Shown piece after piece: positions 57,657 through 64,000 of a stretch of DNA of 64,000 nt. Position 1 is the stretch's first letter. Each line of letters starts with the position of its first letter. This DNA is from a virus. Where the stretch lies: IMG/VR virus record IMGVR_UViG_3300026116_000004, positions 5,499-69,498 of that record; one strand, given 5' to 3'. The notes under the pieces are model-generated. The model saw nothing but the letters and a program-made list of their open reading frames with translations, made no database searches and was not told the origin of the DNA. The translations under genes were made by a program, and so were the position numbers.

Positions 57657-58454
57657 TTACTGATAAACCTTCTTGGTTTCTGCTGCGGGAGCAGTACTCT
57701 TTTCGGCAGTCTTATCATCCTTCTTCTTAAAGACATCAGACAAAGCAGTCTCAAGGTAGTCGTTAATCTCTGTTACAGGAGTGTAGTAGTTGATGTAGCT
57801 AGCACGAGGATAGCCACCAGTAAGAACACCAATCAACTTATACTTACCATTGTCAAAGGTGAACATACCAGAACCACTTGAACCAGGGGCAGTATCCGGA
57901 GTTGCTCTATAGAACATACGGGACTGAGAGATATCGTTAAAGGCGTCCTGCTGTTCAAGATACCCAAGCTTACCTTCAGTTTCCGTCTGGCCTAAACCAA
58001 GGGGGAAACCCTCGACGATGACAGCCTGACCATACTGAAGATTGATGTCACGAGAAGCTACTTCTGCGACGTTCTCGAAAAGGTCCTTCTCGTCACGAAG
58101 TTTAACAAGGGCTAGATCAGACTTGTAGGACTGACCAAAGACATCACCATCACTGATCGACTTGCCATTCTTCTTAATACCATCATACTGGTCCTTAGCG
58201 ATAGGAACCATAGACTTATCGTCGTCCTTAACACAGTGCTTGGCAGTCAGTACGTATGTAGCCACCTTTCCAGTCTTGTCATCCCGCTTAGACGAAATGA
58301 TTGTTCCTGAGCAGTAAGCATCGAGACGAACAACAGGGGCACGAACCTGATCAACAAGGGGATCAGCCTTTGCATTGCAAGAGCCAATTGCAATTAATCC
58401 AATCAACCCCAGAGCAACTCCAAGGGCGAAAGATACATTAGGTCTAGTAAACAT
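57657..58454 (-). CDS. Trypsin-like serine protease with N-terminal signal/TM segment
   Basis: LTAKHC, DLALV and GSSGSG triad motifs. Confidence 0.9.
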   Translation of the reverse strand: MFTRPNVSFALGVALGLIGLIAIGSCNAKADPLVDQVRAPVVRLDAYCSGTIISSKRDDKTGKVATYVLTAKHCVKDDDKSMVPIAKDQYDGIKKNGKSISDGDVFGQSYKSDLALVKLRDEKDLFENVAEVASRDINLQYGQAVIVEGFPLGLGQTETEGKLGYLEQQDAFNDISQSRMFYRATPDTAPGSSGSGMFTFDNGKYKLIGVLTGGYPRASYINYYTPVTEINDYLETALSDVFKKKDDKTAEKSTAPAAETKKVYQ

Positions 58455-58464
58455 GAGTCTCCTT

Positions 58465-58719
58465 TTAGTTTTCAAGGTATTTAAAAATATCTACGTTGGT
58501 AGTGAGAGTTTCATTACTGTCATCGACCTTCAGATCAATCACCTCCATGAAATAGTGTTCATCAATAATACCCATTTCGATGGCCTTCTTAGTGAACATT
58601 TCACCAAGGATATGAAACGTAATTTCTATAGTTGCCGGCTTATAGATATCGTACATAGCCGGACGATGAGTGGGTGTAATTTTTGTCTCCGCCTCGGGGC
58701 GCACCTCTTTGGTGGTCAA
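58465..58719 (-). CDS. Hypothetical protein
   Basis: Operon tiling. Confidence 0.5.
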   Translation of the reverse strand: MTTKEVRPEAETKITPTHRPAMYDIYKPATIEITFHILGEMFTKKAIEMGIIDEHYFMEVIDLKVDDSNETLTTNVDIFKYLEN

Positions 58720-58911
58720 TTACACATCACTCGTTAGGATTTCCCTGAGGTTCTCAGGGTTAAATGCTCCTGCACTAAACAGGAGAATGAATGCATCTAC
58801 GGGATCAACATCTAGTTCCTCTAGGAGGTCTTCAAACGAATAGTCTTCCAAGTAGCCCTGAACGAACTTCTCTAAATCCCTTTCTAATTCTTTGTTCATA
58901 TTATGTTCCAT
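58720..58911 (-). CDS. Small acidic hypothetical protein
   Basis: YSFEDLLEELDV; start uncertain. Confidence 0.55.
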   Translation of the reverse strand: MEHNMNKELERDLEKFVQGYLEDYSFEDLLEELDVDPVDAFILLFSAGAFNPENLREILTSDV

Positions 58912-58915
58912 TCTA

Positions 58916-59134
58916 TTATTCGTCACTGAAGAGGTTGAAGTCTCCTTCTTCTTCATCGGTTGACGGTAGTTGTCTAAGATCAATACGCTCACGGACATAC
59001 TTTCCTTTTTTAGCGTTAGTGATTTTCATTGCGAACGCGCCATGGTTCTCGTTCAATGCCTGTGCCACAGGATTACGAGACTTCTTTTTCTTGTACTTCA
59101 TAGCGCGTTTAGTCCTAGTCTCAAAGTCGCTCAT
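58916..59134 (-). CDS. Small basic hypothetical protein
   Basis: RNPVA..L...K.Y.R. Confidence 0.6.
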   Translation of the reverse strand: MSDFETRTKRAMKYKKKKSRNPVAQALNENHGAFAMKITNAKKGKYVRERIDLRQLPSTDEEEGDFNLFSDE

Positions 59135-59640
59135 TTTACTCTAAGGTCTTCAATATTCACAGGAGTATAATCAATCTGCTCAACACAGACACACTTATAT
59201 GGACCCTTTGGTGAAGCTTTCTCATGAATATGCCCATGAACATTAATAGCGCCTTCGCCAGCTCTTACAATTGAGCTTTCATGCACGGGAACGTGAGTAA
59301 GCATTAAACCAAATTCTTTAAAACATCTAAAGAGGTAAATCTTTTGGAATACTTCACCAAGTTTAATTGGACCCATGGGTCTCTTAAGGTCATCATGATT
59401 TCCTAAGATCAAACGTTTCTTGCCGTTTAACCTAGAAAAAATCTTAGCCATACGATCACCATCACTCATGTAAACATCACCAAGATGATAAATCTTATCC
59501 CCTGGTTTAACCACAGAGTTCCACTTTTCAATCATGTGTTCATTCATATGGTCAACGTCTTTGAATGGACGGTTTGAGTAACCAATGATATTCTCATGGT
59601 TGAAGTGAGTGTCGCTAATAACCCAAATGTTCCTCGTCAT
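59131..59640 (-). CDS. Calcineurin-like metallophosphoesterase
   Basis: SDTH, HLGD, GNHD, HGHIH. Confidence 0.92.
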   Translation of the reverse strand: MTRNIWVISDTHFNHENIIGYSNRPFKDVDHMNEHMIEKWNSVVKPGDKIYHLGDVYMSDGDRMAKIFSRLNGKKRLILGNHDDLKRPMGPIKLGEVFQKIYLFRCFKEFGLMLTHVPVHESSIVRAGEGAINVHGHIHEKASPKGPYKCVCVEQIDYTPVNIEDLRVK

Positions 59641-59778
59641 TTCTTAGCCCACTCCTGAGCAACAACGGCAATCCAGTATTCAAGTTCTTCTTTTATATCT
59701 CTCTTGGGATTATCTTTATGATCCATAACCCATCTAAAGAGTCTATGGGAAGCTTCCTCTTCGATCTTATAAAATTGA

Positions 59779-60543
59779 TTACTTTCCATATTCTTTCTTT
59801 AACCATTCCATACTAATCCATTGCAAATCGTAGTTACCGTCTTCAACGTCTCTCTTAACGACAAGACCCCTAGACCACAGATCATTTATGGCGCCAGCCC
59901 AATCTGTTTGGTAGTCTACGAAGCAACCAGCTACTAGTCCGTGGATGCGTTTACGTGCGTCCACAGCGCGTACGCTGTAATCAAAAGTGTGAGAGTGGCC
60001 GGCAGTGCAGGACTTGAAATTTTTAGTAATGAGAGAGTACCCAGGGTGCTCACCAGAGACATTCCTACCGCTGACGCCAGCAATAAAGTAATGCGCGTAT
60101 GTGACCCCATCGACCTCAAGTGTGCCAGGAGTTTGTCCTTGATATCGGACAATATCGTTGTAATCTTTGTCAAGTTGAAAATCCTTAAATCCAATTGTGC
60201 CTTCAAGTTCTGAAGATTGTTCGAGAACTCTACTCATTCTCTCTTCGTGGTTACCCTCGAAGAACACAGAGTAAGGCCGTTTCTTTTTCGCTTTACGGAA
60301 AGGTGCCCATAATCTTTCAGAGAACTCTAACCCAGCATCTAAGTCTTTACGATAGGCTCTGCCGTGAAATGAGGCTTTACCTTTGTCGTATCCACTAAAT
60401 GCGGGAAGGTCCCATTGATCACCTAAGTTGATAAATACGTCTGGTTTCAAATCCACCATGAACTTACCAACCCAGTCAGCACGGTCGTTGTCATGGTCGC
60501 CGTGAGCGTGAGGGTCAGGCAGTACTAGGTGAACTCTACTCAA
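59779..60543 (-). CDS. Metallophosphoesterase
   Basis: PDPH, LGD..D, GNHE, GHSH. Confidence 0.9.
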   Translation of the reverse strand: MSRVHLVLPDPHAHGDHDNDRADWVGKFMVDLKPDVFINLGDQWDLPAFSGYDKGKASFHGRAYRKDLDAGLEFSERLWAPFRKAKKKRPYSVFFEGNHEERMSRVLEQSSELEGTIGFKDFQLDKDYNDIVRYQGQTPGTLEVDGVTYAHYFIAGVSGRNVSGEHPGYSLITKNFKSCTAGHSHTFDYSVRAVDARKRIHGLVAGCFVDYQTDWAGAINDLWSRGLVVKRDVEDGNYDLQWISMEWLKKEYGK

Positions 60544-60848
60544 TCATCCAAACCCTTCTCAACTCTAATAACTCTAGACCAAGTACCCGTCTTAAAGACT
60601 GCATGAATTGTCTGAACAGGGTATACACGGTGCCTGTGACCTCCGATAGGAACAGGATAATCATAAGGTTCACCAAATTCATCTTGGTCTTGCTCACTTT
60701 CATCTACAGGAAACTGAAAGGGACGTTCGTAAACAAAGAACGCTAGGGGTGCTTCTACCTGTCCACCATAACCTACGTTATTCATAATACCATGAGCCAA
60801 GACTTCTTCCTTGACACCATCGTTAAGAGTAACAATATACTTATTCAT
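60540..60848 (-). CDS. Hypothetical protein
   Basis: ATGA overlaps. Confidence 0.6.
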   Translation of the reverse strand: MNKYIVTLNDGVKEEVLAHGIMNNVGYGGQVEAPLAFFVYERPFQFPVDESEQDQDEFGEPYDYPVPIGGHRHRVYPVQTIHAVFKTGTWSRVIRVEKGLDD

Positions 60849-61288
60849 TCTTCAAACCATTCGCTAGGGACTGAGTTACCAATGGCGAATACAAAACCGT
60901 ATTTCTTGGCCCAATCCGATTGTTTCATAAATGTGCCATCACGTCTTGTGGCACCAACTTTACCGTCTCTATAAAACATAATCCTAAGATCAAGGTCAGG
61001 ATGCTGCTGTTTAACTGCAATCATCTTCTGCTTCACCTTGTGATCAAAGGCACGACCATTGCCCTTGCACTCGATGTAAATCTTAGAACCATCCTTCTTA
61101 GTTATAACAAAGTCACAAAGATAATCACCTTCAATATAATATTCAATCTTCTCCTGCTCATAGTCTAATTGAGCATACTTAGGAAGCTTTGATTTAATGT
61201 CAAGATAAATATCGTGTTCGTACTGTGATCTAACAGTCTTCTTACCAATTTTAGGTAGCTTAGGCTGAGTTTTCTTTCTCCTGCTCAA
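60845..61288 (-). CDS. T7 gp3-like endonuclease I (junction resolvase)
   Basis: RS.YE, Y..DF, IECKG, HPDLDLR, WA.K.GF. Confidence 0.88.
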   Translation of the reverse strand: MSRRKKTQPKLPKIGKKTVRSQYEHDIYLDIKSKLPKYAQLDYEQEKIEYYIEGDYLCDFVITKKDGSKIYIECKGNGRAFDHKVKQKMIAVKQQHPDLDLRIMFYRDGKVGATRRDGTFMKQSDWAKKYGFVFAIGNSVPSEWFEE

Positions 61289-61398
61289 TAAGTTTTATTC
61301 TCCTATGTATGTCGATGGCCTCGAACTGTAATTCAGTTACGTAGGTAGGCCACCAAGAGTATTTATAAATTTCATCGTCAATAACACGAAGTCGTCTC

Positions 61399-62259
61399 TT
61401 AAGTAATTTCGTTGACACGAGGCTCAAGTTCCACTTTCGTTAGAGTAATAGGTCCAGTACTGTAAAGGAACGTTCTGGCTTCTGGCCAGCAAGATTTTTT
61501 AAAGGGACAATACGAACAGTTTACACCAAGTTTCATATTACCCGATTGCCCGAAGGGTTCATCTTGGAAACCCCTGGGTGGTATATTGTCTTTGTCTGCG
61601 ATAACTTCTTTTTTGGCTGCATAGACTTCAGCCCAGTTTGTTTCATCCTTTTGATGAATGTCGAGGGTAAGATGCCCAAGTGTCTTATCAAGAACAAGGA
61701 ATGCAGCTCTCGATTTGTCTGTGATTTGATCGTCGGTCTGGCCAGCAGATAAATACGATTGCAACTGAGGGACGTATCCAAACGAGTCGTTCTCTTTAAG
61801 CGTTCCCTCTTTAAACTTCTTAAAGCTGTAGGTCGATGCCGACTTAACATCAACCAACGTTCCGTCAATGACTGCATCACGATGGCCTTTAACATTTTCG
61901 ATCTCTTGTTCGTCTTGACGCCCAGTAACTTCATGTCCTGCTAGCTCCGCTAGGAATAAGATTAACTCTTCGATAATATCACCGAAGAGAAACTTCATAT
62001 AAGTTTCTGCTCTAAGAGGCTCACCTAGTTCTGGTTGATTTACCTCGTACCATAATTGTCTTTCACAGGGTTTACCTATGTTAGACATCCTTAACTCTGG
62101 TCTTCGCTCGGTCCGAATAAGACGGTCAGAAATAGTGCGAGCAAGAGAATTAGCGAAATTACTAATAATACCAGAGTTATCTTCATTATCTTCTAGTCCT
62201 TTAACAAGGACACCTTCAATATCACTTACGAGTGTCGCTATGTTCTTGGTAATATGCAC
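61399..62259 (-). CDS. PD-(D/E)XK exonuclease (Cas4-like)
   Basis: LRMSNIG.PC.RQLW, GH.D...D...DVKS, Y..Q, CSYC....C. Confidence 0.85.
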   Translation of the reverse strand: MHITKNIATLVSDIEGVLVKGLEDNEDNSGIISNFANSLARTISDRLIRTERRPELRMSNIGKPCERQLWYEVNQPELGEPLRAETYMKFLFGDIIEELILFLAELAGHEVTGRQDEQEIENVKGHRDAVIDGTLVDVKSASTYSFKKFKEGTLKENDSFGYVPQLQSYLSAGQTDDQITDKSRAAFLVLDKTLGHLTLDIHQKDETNWAEVYAAKKEVIADKDNIPPRGFQDEPFGQSGNMKLGVNCSYCPFKKSCWPEARTFLYSTGPITLTKVELEPRVNEIT

Positions 62260-62428
62260 TCCATTCGTTTTTCTTGTATGTCTGTACTTCTTTAATCTTA
62301 AAAGGTGCTGTGGATGTGTTGTAAAACACTAAGTCACCCTTATTAGTAACATATGCGTAGTCCGAATTAAGGAAGACTGTTCTGCTGATACCTTCAACAG
62401 GATCATTTAACTTCACACGCCACAGCAT
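62222..62428 (-). CDS. Hypothetical protein
   Basis: AGGAG RBS. Confidence 0.55.
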   Translation of the reverse strand: MLWRVKLNDPVEGISRTVFLNSDYAYVTNKGDLVFYNTSTAPFKIKEVQTYKKNEWSAYYQEHSDTRK

Positions 62429-62525
62429 CTACTTCTCCTAAGTTATAAAGGGCGGCTTTATACCGTTAACTGTAAAACCACTAACCCACGCTGCACTATA
62501 CAGAAGGGTCAACGCGCTAGTTATA

Positions 62526-63086
62526 CTACCAGGGCGCGGTAGGTTCTTCTCCGTTAGCCACTTGGTCTTCAATTTTCTTTGCTACCTCCGAGGGAGTTTC
62601 TGGCTTCTTGTACTCAATAAGGTCAAGAATACGAAGCGTTTCAAGTCTACAACCAACACCCATTGCAGTGGGGAAGTAAGAGACATTGATTTTCACAATA
62701 GAACCATTACCAATGAGGATAGGCTCACCAACACGCTTAATATTTTTGTTCTTATCTTCGTAACTTCTAACTTCGTTACCAGCATCATCAACGTACTTAA
62801 CGATTGCATTACCATCCTTATCGTAGATGAAAGGAGCAGTAAAATATACAAGCTTACCCTTCATTAACTTTACAGTAGGACGATGCATCGGGAAGTACTT
62901 ACCAAAGTCCCTTTCCTTAGGAACCTTCTGGATACCAGTCTTCTTGAACTTATCCCATTCATCCTGATCTTCAGGAACGAGGTCTACACCCCAACGAACG
63001 GAACCACGGAATTCATCCGGTTGATAAACTCTTGCAAAATATGCTTTACCAATAAAATCAACGTACTGCGTCTTAGTCTCTGCCAT
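62526..63086 (-). CDS. Single-stranded DNA-binding protein (T7 gp2.5-like)
   Basis: G...FA....PD, IGNGS, acidic tail ending in an aromatic residue (APW); next to the polymerase. Confidence 0.75.
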   Translation of the reverse strand: MAETKTQYVDFIGKAYFARVYQPDEFRGSVRWGVDLVPEDQDEWDKFKKTGIQKVPKERDFGKYFPMHRPTVKLMKGKLVYFTAPFIYDKDGNAIVKYVDDAGNEVRSYEDKNKNIKRVGEPILIGNGSIVKINVSYFPTAMGVGCRLETLRILDLIEYKKPETPSEVAKKIEDQVANGEEPTAPW

Positions 63087-63110
63087 TAAAAATCTTTCCT
63101 TAATGTTATG

Positions 63111-64000
63111 TTAGTGGGTTGTACACCAATTGTAACCAGTACGGAATGTACCAGCTTGTGGGCATTTAACACCTAGGTCTTTACCAGCTTGCACAATTGC
63201 GTCTGCTTGGATTTGACCTACGTATTCAGGCAAACCTTCTTTGTCAATAACTTCAGTCTGCCATTCATCATGAATAAAATTCACTTGTCTGAAATTGATC
63301 TTCTCTTCTTTGAGTTTCTTTCTCCATAACCAATTTGCGTACTTCATAATGCAGACTTCTCCATTTTGGAGATAACCTGCAAGCATCAGATGATTGCTAT
63401 CGCATTTAACGATACGACCATCAAATCCAATGAATTGCCCCATCTTAACATCTTCGGGGATAACTTCTTCTTTAACCCTTTTAAGTCCGGGATAACCATT
63501 GAGGAAACTCTCTCTGGCTACTACAGCTTCACCTACGGAACATTCAAGAACTGCTGCAGTTTTGGTAGCAGATGCTCCAAGCACCCATGAATAGATAAAG
63601 GTTTTTGCTGCATTGCGATCCTTACACACAATCCCAAGTTTGTTTTTGTTGAGAGTGTGAACATCCGTACCATCTTTCGATGAGCCCGATACAAGAGCCT
63701 TGGTGAAAGACTCATCTTCCATGTAATGCGCAAGTACCCTGAGCTGGATACCTTCTGCGTCGCAGCCAACCAGTTTATATCCTGGACGCGCCATCCATAG
63801 AGATCGATAGTCAGCACCCCATCCACCGTCCTCGCCAAATAGAGGATGTCCCTCTTTATCAGTTTGGATGCGGATGATGTTTCCTGTGTTAGGGGCTTTG
63901 TGTGAACTACGATGTGTCCATGTACCGATTGCGTTGATTTGTCCATGGATAGACTTAGTCCTTTCGTTATAAGCGAATATCCACTCGTCTAATGTGGTTA
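63111..64000 (-). CDS. DNA polymerase family A (C-terminal part; frame open to the window edge)
   Basis: HG...GT.T.R.SH..PN; DAEGIQLR (motif A); KTFIY (motif B); HDE (motif C). Confidence 0.95.
   Translation of the reverse strand, partial: TTLDEWIFAYNERTKSIHGQINAIGTWTHRSSHKAPNTGNIIRIQTDKEGHPLFGEDGGWGADYRSLWMARPGYKLVGCDAEGIQLRVLAHYMEDESFTKALVSGSSKDGTDVHTLNKNKLGIVCKDRNAAKTFIYSWVLGASATKTAAVLECSVGEAVVARESFLNGYPGLKRVKEEVIPEDVKMGQFIGFDGRIVKCDSNHLMLAGYLQNGEVCIMKYANWLWRKKLKEEKINFRQVNFIHDEWQTEVIDKEGLPEYVGQIQADAIVQAGKDLGVKCPQAGTFRTGYNWCTTH

Noticed and set aside
62445-62528. Stop-codon readthrough pseudoknot after the ssb TAG
   Set aside because: A pseudoknot can be drawn 8 nt after the stop, but another in-frame TAG follows two sense codons later, so readthrough gives nothing
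63533-63946. Apparent split or frameshifted DNA polymerase
   Set aside because: Manual translation shows the polymerase frame is open from the window edge to 63111; the track simply started at an internal ATG

Overview
64 kb of a lytic tailed phage genome, probably a podovirus. It is AT-rich by eye, and no integrase or RNA polymerase is visible in the window. Three blocks: (1) 1-21 kb, minus strand: small early genes, two tRNAs (Leu-UAA, Arg-UCU) and an expanded phiEco32-type peptide-ligase cluster (two COOH-NH2 ligases, ATP-grasp, three glutamine amidotransferases, two gamma-glutamylcyclotransferase-like and four GNAT-like proteins), followed by a SAM methyltransferase. (2) 21.9-50 kb, plus strand: terminases, portal, a two-domain peptidoglycan hydrolase, scaffold, major capsid, tail, lysis and ejection proteins. 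(3) 50-64 kb, minus strand: DNA polymerase A, SSB, nucleases, ThyX, class II RNR, RNase H, nucleotide hydrolases and two homing endonucleases. Cis-elements suggest an alphaproteobacterial host (inference). The most unusual signals are non-coding. Two early leaders share a LexA-type box, a CTTTCCAGG motif and an rrn-type boxA, and one of them encloses a ~330-nt multi-stem RNA. There is also a candidate sRNA with anti-Shine-Dalgarno loops, a pseudoknotted RNA abutting tRNA-Arg, and two perfect sigma70 promoters each followed by ACTC-N3-GAGT palindrome arrays. All protein calls come from motif recognition by eye; no searches were run.
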